64,000 bases of DNA, from NCBI GenBank assembly GCA_010093605.1, contig MU004196.1, positions 766,606 to 830,605 of the forward strand, in the 5' to 3' direction. The translations under genes and the position numbers were made by a program. This DNA comes from Lophium mytilinum. Its lineage: Eukaryota. Shown here in pieces: positions 51,898 to 64,000 of the stretch. Within the stretch, counting starts at the first letter, position 1. Each line of letters begins with the position of its first letter. A model generated the notes under the pieces. That model was not told the origin of the DNA and ran no database searches. It was given only the letters and a program-made list of their open reading frames with translations.

Positions 51898-54723
51898 TTA
51901 TCCAAACTTCAAGCCCTTCGCCGCATCCCACCGCCCATCCTGAGGAGGTCCTGCAGTAGGCCGCGATCCTGCTGGCGCAGCCGGTGCTCCTCCAAACCTG
52001 ATACCAACCTCAGGTGTCCACATGCCAGTAGTAGGGCCGACTGCTCTAGTAGGTGTCGGTGCTGCCAACGGCTCTCCAGCGTGGACGTTGGCGCCGTACT
52101 GGGGGTTTTGACTCTCCGCTTGCCGCTGTTGTTGTAATGAGTTGGTTTGGAGGTTCATGGACGACATAGCCGTTGCAATGTCACTGTCCTAATGTTAAAA
52201 CCGCAGGAACAAGGGCATGGTGTGCACTTACTTCTCGAGCTGTGAAGCCTCCGCCTTCCTCTGGTACGCAAAGGTCCGACAATCGTCTCTAAACCTACTC
52301 ACGATCTTGGCTAGGTCGTTGTAGAACTTCCTCCCAACATCCAGGTTCGAGATAATCTCCTTGTACTTGAAAAACGAATTCTCCAAGCTCTGCAAAGCCT
52401 GTTCTCGCTGCTTTGTCGACTGATCGCCTTTCCGAGCCGTCACAAAAGCTGTGTTCGCCTCCTGAATTCGTTTTATGACATCTTGCTGCTCCCGCTGCTC
52501 ATCTTGAACCATTTCTTTATCCACATTGTACATCTCCAAGTGCTTATCAAACAAGTCCTCGAACTGCACAGCCTCAATGCTCTGCATCGGAAATTCTTTC
52601 TCTAAGCGTGCCGTTTCGCGGCGCAAATCTGGGTCTTTCAAACTGTCAGTGGTTGATCAGGTCACCAAGTGTGATATACTGACTGATTTCATCCTGCTTT
52701 GCTTTCATTTTGAGAGCCTCAACCTTCCGTCGCCTCCTACTATCCAGACGGTTGAGCTCATTCAGGCAGCCCCTAAGCTTTCCAGCCTCCCGGTCTACGA
52801 CTGTGTTGATTGTGGGCTTCCGCCCACTAGGAACAAAATTCTCAAGGTCTCGATCCGGACCGCTTAGCAACTGAATGTTACGCTCGTTTTCTCTTAGCTT
52901 CGTCTTGACAATGCTGTCGCTATTCACGGCAGCTTTGAAATAGCCATCGATCTCGCCGATCTGAGCAAATAGCTTTGGCGCAGCCGCTTCTGCGGTTGGC
53001 CGATTCCAGCGATCGGTCCCGTACTTCCGCCGGACCGCGTCGTCTTCCGCAGCCTCTGTCCTCAGAATCTCACAGCCTTCATGATATATTGCCTGATCGC
53101 TCTTCTTCAACTTCTTGGTGTCTTCCATAGAGCGATGGAGGCGATTTAGACCATCGTGTTGTCTGATTTCTTCAGCGTGAGCGGTGAGGCCTGGAGGAAG
53201 CCCTAGCGGCTTTTCAAGGGCTTGCAACGACCCTGGTAGATTTAAGCTGTTCAGAACTCTAGAAGGCTTGTTAGTTGCCTGTAATGCTGGCCATGGTAGA
53301 GGAATCTTACTCGTGGATCTTGTTTGTCAAACCCTCCAGCTCGTTGATTATGGTATTATTAATGAGTCGATCTCTCCGCTCCTCGTAAATGCTAGCTGCC
53401 AAGTGAACTGAGTAAGGAACCAATTGGGAAAACAATTGACGCCCCAAGGGATGCTTGTCTCCAAGCATAGAATTTGAGTCAGAGACTTCCTTGGGAACTT
53501 TGGCGGTTACCATATTGGCGCGATCGAGGGTTTTCAACTCCGATTTTGGCGGGACAGGGACTAGATATGGCATATGTTAGTCCACAATATAAACGCATGA
53601 AAAAGGGGCAGGTATGTATACTCAAATAGATCATGTCATTGTCCTTTTCAGCCCGCTTCAAATCTTCCGTAACGCGATTCTTCAAGCCGTTCAAATCCGC
53701 CAATACGGCCTTGTTAATGTAGCGTTGCTCTTTCAAAGCCTCATTTACACACAATAGACTATCCCGTAACCTCGCGACCTCTTCTCCGTACTTGCGCTTT
53801 TCCAGGCAATCGCAAGCAGCTCGATATTGTGCAGCCGCAGCGAAGTGGTGATGCTTGGCCGTCATGTGGTGTATCCACTCGCTACTTATTGCGTCCGACC
53901 TGATTCCAAGGTCGCCTGCTTCCGAATACAGATCCGAGACCCTCGCTGCTAGCTTCGAAATAGAAGCGTCTTTCAGGCCGTCCTTGACAGCCTTTTGCCA
54001 GAAACATTCTTGAGCCTGTGCTAGCAATAGCTTTTCGATACTCTCCAGTGTCATCGGATCCATGTCATCGGGAGGCGAGGATCGCATTTCGGGGATTATG
54101 TCGGTTCGAAGGTAGGAGAGGACTCCAGCACCGAGACAGAAATTGTTGGCAGCGGTCCGCAAGCCATCTGACGTGCTTCGATTCGATGCCATGGCGAGCT
54201 GAGAGTATAACGCAGCAAGGTTGTAGATGATGTTTGCCAACTCAAATCGGATGTTATTTTGCGATACTGTCGTTTGATCAGCCTCGCTCGAGTAGCTTTC
54301 TGAGGGGCATTACTTGGACGGTTTGTGTTATACCCCAACGCTGGATACCACGAGAAGTCAACTCCTATCTACAATTTTCGATTAGCCCATCTGTACCAGA
54401 ACACAGTGCGATCGTGGTGCGTGTCCTACATCTATTGGAAATTTCCCTCCTAAAAAGACAAGCTGGGCAGCGTATGCCTGGAGCTTTGGAATGTTGCTGT
54501 TATGGGCATCTTGCGCGTGTGCTGCCGTAGAGCGTAGTTTGTCGATCGTCTCTAAGTCTTCCTTGAACATATCCGGGTGCTGGTCATATTTGGTTGATAT
54601 GTATTGCTTGATAGCTTCGGAGAGGGAAACAGAATGAGTCCGTCGAAACGGGAGGAAGAGGATGTTGCTGCAACCTGTTAGTACAGAGCGCGCAGAATTG
54701 TGATAGCAAACTCACGAGGCCAT
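51898..54723 (-). CDS. palA: pH-response Bro1-domain protein PalA/Rim20
   Basis: MAS/NILFLPFRRT..YDQHPDMF; LLLAQAQECFWQKAV; YGEEVARL; AEKDNDMIYL; LQALEKPLGLPP; GRKFYNDL; C-terminal WDAAKGLKFG. Confidence 0.93.
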
Positions 54724-55301
54724 GTTCAGCGTGCTCCGGTGGCGTGGTGGGAAATTCTGTGGTGTTGTTTACTGCGGGCGTCAAAAAGCGACGCGGGGTG
54801 CCGGTGACGTTGCCTCGAGCCACAGTCGGTACAGGGTTGGTGAGAGTGGCGGACGATTGCATGGGCCTAGGTAGCTCACAACCTGAGGACCAAGCAGTGA
54901 AATCCATGCACTCTGATAGGAATATCCGATGCCTCTCCGGATGAATGCTCGACGCGGACCATGCCCATGTTGAATGCCATGCCAAACACGTGTGAGGCCA
55001 AAGCGAAACTGTAGTGAAGCTAGTCCCAGACGCCTTGCGTGCTCAGGCTCACCAATTTTGTCAGCCTCCTGCGACAAAGCAGCGGCGGCAATAGTAATCT
55101 ACGGGACCTAAAGTAGCACTGCAACGACCCTGCCCGAAACTGCCTCATACCCCTTGCCCTGACCGCTCAGCTTCTACATAAACTTCGACAGCCCTCTCCA
55201 TTCTCCGCCAAAGACCCAACCCAAGAAATCAACTTCCCAACCCCACTTCAGCTACTCTCTTCAGCTTCAAGCCAGCCCGACGTCTCCACCGAACCGCAAA
55301 C

Positions 55302-55637
55302 ATGTCCGCCGAACACAACTACAAGTTCGATGTCAAGATGACCTGCGGCGGCTGCTCCGGCGCCGTAACGCGAGTCCTGTCGAAGCTCGATGGTGAGTCT
55401 ACTGCCAGTCAACATCTGTGGAGCCCCGCCTCCCGATTTGCGTTGGCTTTCTTGAGGATACAGTGAGACTAATGTAGTCTGCCAGGTGTCAAATCCTTCG
55501 ATGTTTCCCTCGAGAAGCAGACCGCCGAGGTTGTTGCCGAAGAGTCCCTCGATTACACCACCGTTCTTGAGAAGATCAAGAAGACCGGCAAGGAGGTTAG
55601 GTCTGGAGAGGCGGATGGCAAGACCATGGAAGTTTAA
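55302..55637 (+). CDS. ATX1: Copper chaperone Atx1 (HMA domain), 2 exons
   Basis: MSAEHNYKFDVKMTCGGCSGAV (MxCxxC) and VLEKIKKTGK. Not present in the ORF track because an intron splits it. Confidence 0.95.
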
Positions 55638-56987
55638 GAAGTAGAATCGGGCTGCGTTATACCAGGAGTTTGCGGCATTGCGGGGAATTGGAAATCGGTA
55701 CATATGTCTATCAGTCTGGAATGAAGCCGTCCTTAAATCATACCAACCTTAAATTCGGTTCCTGTGCCAGCTACGGGAGCTTTTTAGTGTCCAGGTTGCG
55801 CCTATAACGAGAGGCTGTTATTCTTGAACGTCGAGCCCCGTTGAAGCTATTCGTTGCTGACTACTGCCGCTGATGGTGGGAGCTTCTAGACTGACGATGC
55901 GTGTGCCTTAATAAACTTGTCTACACTTGCCTATAAATCATCAATGCGCTTCAACGCACTCAAAGGAGTCTGAATGGTCTATGCACCAATGGTCTTGAGC
56001 AATCCGTAGATTCATTGGGCTTCCTCAGACCGCGCCACGTGAAGCTGTAGGTACAGACTCTCAGGTCTTTGCGGATACACTGCAGCACTGACGACAATCA
56101 ACAAAGCTTGCTGGAGCATTAGATCGGGTTTCTAGCTTTTCCCGAAGTTCAGGACACAGTTCATTGACCACAAGCCATAAATAGCTTCTGATCACGGGTA
56201 CCTCAGGCCAACCGACATTCGCCGAAATCGTTGACTCACCTCCCCCATGACCACTCCCAGGCCCCCGAAAGAGATCCTTATTTCAACCCCCATGAGGGTC
56301 GCTTCGTGGGGCACGGCAAGCGGCAAATGGCTTATCAGATGGAGTCATCCACGCCAAAGCTGGATGTCTGCAGGGTTTCGCGTTGGCAGGACGCGAATTT
56401 CCCGAGTGCGAATGCCACTCAAGCCACTCGCCGAGCAGAGAATACTGCTGCCTGAAGGCTGCCTCCAACGCGCGTACCTTGGGGTACTGGCAACTTCGCA
56501 ATCATACCTCGAATAGCGATTTAAGCATACGCACGAACATCTTCCAGGTGGCTTTTGAGGATGTGATGACGGCTTCGACGTGGCTGGTGAGGATAGTTCG
56601 GCATCCCCGGTGCCTGTCAGGCTCAAACGAGCTCCACGAACGGCTCCGCTGCTACCATTCCTTCGGTTTTGACTCGTATTCCGACGGAGGAGTTTAATCC
56701 GCACGCGAGGCTGTGGTAGCCCATTGAGCCTGTGAATCACTGTCCTCATGACGCGTAAACTTGAGACGGACCAAAAGGGTAGGTCTGTTCCATGCTTTGC
56801 GCGGGCCCGGACGTTGATGGACATCGCGGACTTATATAAGTGATGACACGGTTGCCTGTTATTGAGGATATGGAGATGTTATGTGCTCAATCCTCTACAA
56901 GCTCCTAATCTCAAGATCACATTCTCAATCAGTCCTTCCTTCTGTATTTTATTGTTGTTAGTTTCTATCGAGTCGCCCTAATGGTCA

Positions 56988-57998
56988 ATGTCTCCTACTC
57001 CAGGGACTCCATACACGCATCTCCCCTCTCAAGCGGACCTCTTTTATCTTTGCACGACTTTCTCCCAATCAGACGACGCGCTGACCTTCGACGTGCCTCC
57101 ACCATCAAATCCCTCTCTGCGGCTGGGGGTTCTCCTTCTCGGCGACGACGACATTCCCTCCTTGGACCTTGCATGTATTGACGTACTATCAACCCTTACG
57201 AAGCGACGACTTGAAGCACTAAGCGCGCCTGGCCACATATTGGAGCTAGGAATTGACTTGGACATTTGTTATTTGAGCGAAAATAGTAATGAGACGTTCA
57301 CGTTGACCAATGGAGTCCAGGTTACGGCAACAGTGAGTTGATTCAGCCATCAACGCTGGCATCGTAGTCTCTCTACTATATATGCATCAAACCTACAGCA
57401 ACTCCTCAGGAAGCGTTGGAGGGACAGATGCGCGGGTTGAGTCCAGTCCGGTTCCACAAGACTCGAGGGCGGCAAAGGAGTCTTTGAAACTGCCAGGGCT
57501 CCAATTCGAAGGTGTGCGACTACGATTGCCTTTGTAAGCCCCTAGTCCTATATTACTGCAGAATCTGACGTCGATGAGTAGGAATCTCTGGACTCTTGTC
57601 AGCAACTTGATATTCTCATGGTCCCGAGCGTTAGTCCGTACTTCACACCTTCTCCCTCGACAGCTACGTCTCTGGACTCTCGCGTTTCTGAGCCTACGAC
57701 GACAATAATGACGCTCTCTACCGGGAGCATCCCCGTACTAAACTCATCCGCCACGTTCATACGCTCAAGAATCGCCGCCACATCCCCTTCCCGCCTCCTA
57801 TCACTCCGGCAGCACTTCCCAGAAACGCAGTGGGAAGAGAGGCGATGGGTCAACGATGGCAGACTGTGGAGCTGTAGTGGAGGCATGGCGGGGCCGCAGA
57901 TGATTGCAGTTTGGATGAGGGAGTACTTCTGGGATCGAGCAGATGCGGTGGAGTGGGTGCTTCAAGAGACGGGTTTACTTGGTGGAGGAAGAAGATAG
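56988..57998 (+). CDS. DJ-1/PfpI-family protein, likely catalytically altered
   Basis: LRLGVLL..LDLACIDVL; LDILMVP; LSTG at the usual xCTG elbow; RRWVNDGRLWSCSGGMAG. Intron 57333-57581. Confidence 0.7.
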
Positions 57999-59122
57999 CT
58001 GTGTTGAGCTGCTACAAGGTACGAGGTAATGAACGTTGCATTTGTATTTGTGCTTTGTATTATATTGTACTGTACCCCACTCTGGCACTGGACGGCCATG
58101 AGGCGTGGATGACGGCTACGGCCTGGATGGGTTTGGGAATTAGACGGGATGGGTTGGGAAGGTACTCAGCTTAAATAATGGCACTTCATTACTCTGGTAA
58201 ACGCTTGTGGAAAGGGTGGATTTCTTCGTGTTGGAGCGATATGCTGATTTAGGATATGAGATGATAGTATGTGAACACCCTTGTGCCATCGGTGCTTCAA
58301 CCTACTTTCACGAATCCAGCATCAACTTGATCGACTAGTAGGCTTACTAGGCCACTTCGAACAGCGGTAGACAGATGTCCGCAAACCTAGAGTTCAAGCC
58401 ATTAGTCTAGCTTACTAAAAATATGAGAAAACAGAGACTCCTTTCTTAATGACAGGTTCTGCTCATCACAAGACTGCTACCTAAAGACAGAATATAGCAG
58501 ATAGCAGAAGGCCGTGACTGGATAACCACAGCCTCAGATAGCCTCGCACGAGCTATGATGGAAGACTTCTGGGTCTCCGGAACTAACTCCACGGTGACAC
58601 GTCCCCAGAACGTCATGCGCAGGCAAAGCAGGGTCTACGGGACGACACGGGGAGTGGGAACGTCAGAGGCGCGCTACTCTGAGTGCAGGGCGAACCAAAG
58701 ATCTGGGCTTCGAGATCTGCGGTCTTCAAGCGCGGCCTGCCGTTGGCCAGCGAGGGCCTTCGGGCATGCACGGCGATTTCTGAAAATCCTGACGCTCCAG
58801 CGTTTGCGGACCGCTGCTGCTCGCATGCCACAAAAAGAGGCGTTGCTGCTTCCCTTCACCCACGATCCCCACACTCCATCCGCTGCACCTCGATACCCTC
58901 TTATTTCCTTAGGTCATTCCTTTCAATATCAAAGAGAAGAGTAGTTGCACAGTCTTGTGCCTCATTCACGCCTCACCGCCAGCCAATCACATCCTCCCGA
59001 TACTGTCTACTCGGCTTTCCAGCCGCTGGCCCTAGCTTTTGCCGAACGCGCCTCCGAACTTTTTACGACTCTCCTTCCTCACCGACAATCCACCCACACA
59101 CGACCACCAACACACATCCAAA

Positions 59123-59769
59123 ATGAAGGTCTTCGCGACAAGCACCGACTTCGACTACTCGTGGGAGGAGGTCTCGACCTCTAACTGGCGGAAATACGGG
59201 CCATGGAACGAGATGACGCCTCATGTCATCGCCGTGGACACCCTCTCGCGGACGATAGATCCCGCCACTGGCATCGTGAGTCTCCCATTGCAGCATACCC
59301 ATCAGTGACCAATTGTTGACTTGCTCCCGATTAGCTACGAACTGAGCGCCTCATCACCTGCAAGCAGACGGCACCCAAGTGGGTGAACACACTGCTGGGC
59401 AGCAAAGACACATCCCACGCCTACGAGACCTCTTACGTCGACCCAATAGCAAAAAAGGTCACGATTTGCTCCATGAACATGACCTACTCGGATCTCCTGT
59501 CGGTACGAGAAACCGTTGTATATCGGCCCGCGTCCTCCAACCCCAGCGCGCGCACAACCATGGAACAAAACGCGAAAATAACCGCCTTCTGCGGCGGCTG
59601 GCAAAAAATAAAGAACAGCATCGAGCAGTTCACGGTCGAGCGCTTCCAGCAGAACGCGGCGAAGGGCCGAGAGGGATTCGAGATGGTTTTGGAGATGAGC
59701 CGGAAGGTCTTTGCCGAGCAGCGGGAGCTGCGGATAATGCAAGAGGCCAAGACCGCCCTTGCTCCATGA
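59123..59769 (+). CDS. UPS2: PRELI/MSF1 mitochondrial lipid-transfer protein (Ups2-like), 2 exons
   Basis: MKVFATSTDFDYSWEEVSTSNWRKY..HVIAVDTLSR..LRTERLITCKQ..ERFQQNAAKGREGFEMVL. Confidence 0.9.
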
Positions 59770-61100
59770 GCCAAGTTGGAGGATACCACTTCGACACCAA
59801 CCCCCATCGAACTTCACATGACCTCGGACCTTCAATCCCGTCTCTCTCGATGTTACTTCGACTTCTATACATACTAGCATCCACCCTCGATCCACCATCC
59901 GAGCCCTACTGTGCGCTCTTTACTGCGTTAAAGCGATTCCTATTACCTCCGGCGGCGTCTTTGTTTCTGGATAAAAGCAATATACCGGGTTTTTCGTTCC
60001 TGCATGGCTCATTTCAAGCCTCCTCTCCCAGTCGGAGACCATAGACGGCGAGCTTTCGCATGCACATGATAAGACGCAGTATAGACGATAGACGCATGCT
60101 TTTAGACATAGATTTAATTCAATCACTCTGAACACCTCTTTCCATTTGTGTTGTGTAAACTGACTTACCACCACTTGGAGTGCCTTACTACATTCCGAGG
60201 TTTTGTATATGCTGGTACGTGAGCATTCCTTTATGCTTTGAACTTCCTGGTATATAGCAAACAAAGGCTTACCTATTCAGATGCTTCACAAGCACACTGG
60301 GCGTGAAGAACGGGATACTTATGGAAACACTGTTTCGCGCAGCCATTTGTATATTTGTTTGCCACTGCTTGAAATTAGGTACTCCAATGGGTACCCACAT
60401 AAACCGAAGCGGAGAGGTGCCACCCTGCACCCCGTTCCAAACTCTAAAATTACTTCGAAGCGCCACAAGCCTGTGGCATATACCCGCACGTGCATCACGG
60501 CAGCTTATCCTAGGAATCAGAGTACCATCTGTCTTATTTCCCACCTGACAAGATGCTCAAGTAAGAGATAGTACCGCACTAATACTGCTTGGTGCTGTTC
60601 AATGATTCAGTAGGATATTTCAACCGTGGTTTTGGTTCATGTTGAAACCACGGTACCAAATCGCTTGAGGCATACTCGATCGGACACCAACTTTTAGCAA
60701 CGTAGTAAAACTCAACTACAGCAGGAGGACCTCGCTTAAAGCGAGCTCGTACTCGAGCTGTATAGCATTGGCTTTGCGTATATCCTGCTGCAATTATTCG
60801 TCACGCCAGTATTTGGATGGCAATTATGGCCATATCCCTTGTACCATCCCACTCCCTGGTACTCCATCATGCTATCCATGGATTTTGACGGCAGCTCTGA
60901 TTCGCAATCCACCACCCTAGCTGCTATGATTCGCAACGTACCGTACATCACAGACGCTCTAATGAGGCATAAAATGATTATATATTTCCGCTCTTCGCCC
61001 TCTGGCACACACTCCAAACCCGAACTTTTTCCTCCCGCAAACCTCTTTCTCGAAGCTCTCCAGGCCGAAGCGACATAACTGAATACCTTGCCCAGCTTCA

Positions 61101-61496
61101 ATGGATTGTAACAGCAGAAACACGAACCTTTCCACGGCTCCCACCCCAAGCTTCCCCAAACCCGCCCGAAAGGCCACCTCACTCAGCCGCGACAACAACG
61201 GCACTTTGAAGAAAGAAGTGAAACGGGTCTCCTTCACCAGCCAGCCCCCTACCGTCATCGACATCCCCTTGAAGAAACCTACCAAGAGGGTTTCCTTCAT
61301 CGACGGTCCTACCGTCCACTACATCCCCCGAAACTACGTGACCGCTGTTGAGGAGGCCGACAACAGAGGTGTGCGTAGCGGACACTACCTTAAGCACCCC
61401 TTGGAAGACGTTGAAGAACGGGCAGAGAGGCCGAAGCGTGCGGCAGTCTCGTGTACCGCATACTTTCGAACGGTGCCCGCTGCTGGATCTCAGTAG
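61101..61496 (+). CDS. Small hypothetical protein with tandem KRVSF (RVxF-type) motifs
   Basis: 131-aa ORF with an internal duplication KKEVKRVSF..PTV..IP / KKPTKRVSF..PTV..IP. 3' structure is uncertain. Confidence 0.4.
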   Translation: MDCNSRNTNLSTAPTPSFPKPARKATSLSRDNNGTLKKEVKRVSFTSQPPTVIDIPLKKPTKRVSFIDGPTVHYIPRNYVTAVEEADNRGVRSGHYLKHPLEDVEERAERPKRAAVSCTAYFRTVPAAGSQ

Positions 61497-62129
61497 CTTG
61501 TTCGAATTCTTCTCGGAGCGTGCGGAGGAGAAAGGAGAAAGCAAGAGACACTCACCATGTCTGCTAGAAGCGAGTCAGTGAGTTCGGAGGGGACGATCAG
61601 AGGGGACGAAGAGAGCGACAGCCTCCCGAGGAACGAAGAGCAGAATACAGAGACGATCGAATGCCAGGGTGAGAGCATTGGTTTCACAAAGGATGATTCT
61701 AGCTCTTCAGGCGGCCACTCGCTGGCTTTCAAGCGCAAATACGATGATGAAGGCGAGGTTGGCGCTATGGTAGCCCGTCCGGTGAATATATCCCAGAAAG
61801 CATACTGGGTCAAGCGTATTCGAAGTATCCTCGGCAACGAGGAGCAAAAGGCCAGGCCCAACAGCTACCAGGAACGCTCTCCACAAAGGTTTGTGGAAAC
61901 AAAGGCAGGGCAGGTTGAGACATCAACAATGTCTAACGTTCCTTTCGTTGATTACAACCGTTCGCCTTGTAACAATGCGGGAGGCTTGTTTAAAACTGAT
62001 TCGATTCACTATTCTACACACCAGTAGCAGAATCCTGAGAATCTCCTACATCCCTCCGTTGTCAATCACACTAGCAACCCTCAACTTCACACACTGGCTT
62101 CATACCAACCCTACAACAACATCAACCAG

Positions 62130-62885
62130 ATGGCCCCTATGGAGTACTATGACGAGTGCTCACCCGACGAAATCATCGACAGAGTACAGCCAAACCCACG
62201 GAGGAAGTACGCCCAAGTGGGCGACGCCTCGGTCTATTCAGACGAAGTTGCAACGGTGGAAGATTTCGATGGCTGGCTCACCGACTCAATCATATACCTG
62301 TACCAGGAAATCCTTCACTCGAAACTCACCCCCCTCGAACGCGATACCATCTACATGATGTCGCCATGTACCGGGGCACTTTACCGCCGGGAGTACCTCG
62401 ACATCTGCCATGATACGGACCTGCTAGAAGAACGATTCGCTTTTCTCGCCGCAGCGTCGGAACAGCTGGACCGCCGATGGATCGTCTTGCCTGTCTCCGA
62501 TGGCGATGGCTTTTCAGCCGTCTCCGGGACTCACTGGTCGCTTCTGATCTTTGACCTGAAAAAGGAGATCGGTACCGCCTACTATTGTGATAGCATGGGC
62601 ACGGTAAACGAAAAAGTGGCGGGTGAGTTGGTAGGGATGATGTCGTGGTTGGTAAAGAAGGGCATACGTGGAGAGAAGATGCGGACACCGCAGCAGAGCA
62701 ACGTCTGGGACTGCGGTGTGTATGTTTGTTGGATGATTGACGCATTGGTCAATAACTATATGGCCGATGAAGGGGGTTCTCTCACGGATTCGTCGCTGGT
62801 GCCTTTGGCAGGTGACATCAACCCACGCCAGTATCGGAGATTGATTCTCAAGATGATGGCGAAGCATCTGGCTGTCGTCAGGTAA
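62130..62885 (+). CDS. Ulp1/C48-family cysteine protease, NEDP1/SENP8-like
   Basis: GWLTDSII; LPVSD..SGTHWSLLIFD (His); YCDS (Asp); TPQQSNVWDCGVYV (Gln, Cys). Triad intact, intronless. Confidence 0.85.
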   Translation: MAPMEYYDECSPDEIIDRVQPNPRRKYAQVGDASVYSDEVATVEDFDGWLTDSIIYLYQEILHSKLTPLERDTIYMMSPCTGALYRREYLDICHDTDLLEERFAFLAAASEQLDRRWIVLPVSDGDGFSAVSGTHWSLLIFDLKKEIGTAYYCDSMGTVNEKVAGELVGMMSWLVKKGIRGEKMRTPQQSNVWDCGVYVCWMIDALVNNYMADEGGSLTDSSLVPLAGDINPRQYRRLILKMMAKHLAVVR

Positions 62886-62998
62886 GAAGTCTCCTAGCCC
62901 TGACAACGGAACAAAGACGCTGACGCCTAGATAGCCCGCAGTCATCCCAAACTTCATCTTCACCATCCCTACCAAGCGATCAGATACAGGCTCAGCCT

Positions 62999-63373
62999 GT
63001 GTCAGCCTCGGAATGGCAGTCAGAGACGGACAAAGAACTGCACGCGAATGAACAGCCGCGTACGGAAGCAGAAAGCAGCGAGCAGTGCCACATCAATGAA
63101 GGAGAATGCACAGCCAAGGAACCGAACACATACGAGCAGCCTCAGATGGACGAGCAGTCGCTGTCAGACGTGGAACTTGATTCAGACGAGGAGCCTTTCT
63201 TCAACAAGGTCTCTACTCCAAACGAGCAGCTCCTGCCGGATGACAACTTAGACGGCGACTCGGACGACGACTCGGACGACAACGAGGACAACTTGGACGA
63301 CGACTCACTTCCCAGCAACGAGCCACCACCATACGAGCAGCTGCCCCTGCCAGAAGAAGATCTTCAGACATGA
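62999..63373 (+). other. Acidic low-complexity ORF with repeated (N/Y/D)EQ motifs; coding status uncertain
   Basis: Repeated ACGAGCAG motifs and a GACGACTCGGAC duplication; no ATG at the called start. Confidence 0.3.
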
Positions 63374-63870
63374 CAACGCTTGTTGGGATATCTCAATTCA
63401 GAAAAGCATTTGCAGCGTTGAAACTTCGTCAGGGCTTCCTTTTCAATACCCTCCCTGGCATAGCCCCATCATCTTCTTTTCCTCTCCCAGCTTGACGCAG
63501 GGCTCCCGAGCTCGGGATATAGACACACAGACAGTTTCCCAATGATAAACATCTTTGTTGGTCCACTTGACTTTTCCTTTGCCCTTTGCGGTACTAGTTC
63601 TTTCCGTGATGGATGGTGTGATCTTTATGTTATTCACCCCGCCCTTGAGATAGCCTGATGTCTAAAGCCGTTCATATATGGGGCCATCAAGATGGCCTTG
63701 GATCGTCGCTTCACTGCTCTCTTAGCTCTTTACCTCCTTCTCTTCAGGAACATAGCCTCATTCCACCTCTTCCTCTCCGAACTTCCAGTACACTTCACTG
63801 CCCTCATACCAATCAGACCACGAACACCCAAACGCCTAATCCAAATCACCCAAAAAAACAAACCCCTACC

Positions 63871-63999
63871 CTACCCATCACAAATCAGATCAAAATCCGG
63901 AAACGCCGGATCCGGCCCAATATTCGTACTCTGCACCGTGTCGAACGTCTGCGTCGTGGCGCTCGCCTGAGCCGCCTCACACTGCGCTATACAACCCCA
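63871..63999 (-). CDS. Possible 3' end of a gene extending beyond the window
   Basis: Open frame WGCIAQCEAAQASATTQTFDTVQSTNIGPDPAFPDFDLICDG-stop; G-rich on the sense strand like other gene 3' ends here. Confidence 0.3.
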   Translation of the reverse strand, partial: WGCIAQCEAAQASATTQTFDTVQSTNIGPDPAFPDFDLICDG

Positions 64000-64000
64000 T

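Overview
Gene-dense, intron-containing nuclear DNA from a filamentous ascomycete (Pezizomycotina; GT-AG introns of about 45-60 nt with CTAAC/CTGAC-type branch sites). Recognisable housekeeping genes are SEC23, a succinate-semialdehyde dehydrogenase, an SDR, two mitoribosomal proteins (bL17m, uL24m), RNR1, SOG2, ALG14, IMA1, an MFS/ACS permease, crzA, palA, ATX1 and UPS2. Less conserved content includes a repeat-rich secreted protein, a Fig1-like protein, an F-box protein, a DJ-1-like protein lacking its catalytic Cys and a NEDP1-like C48 protease. The clearest unusual feature is a U2 snRNA gene split by a 53-nt spliceosomal intron. Other points of interest: (1) an accessory island between RNR1 and SOG2 with a candidate PemK/MazF-fold ORF, two repeat arrays and a frameshifted HET gene; (2) two degenerate non-coding tandem arrays (about 150-bp and 97-bp period) that share short motifs and both lie between convergent genes; (3) a kinase-like pseudogene whose lesions look like transitions. 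All calls come from reading the sequence and recalling family motifs; no database searches were run, and exon boundaries are manual estimates.
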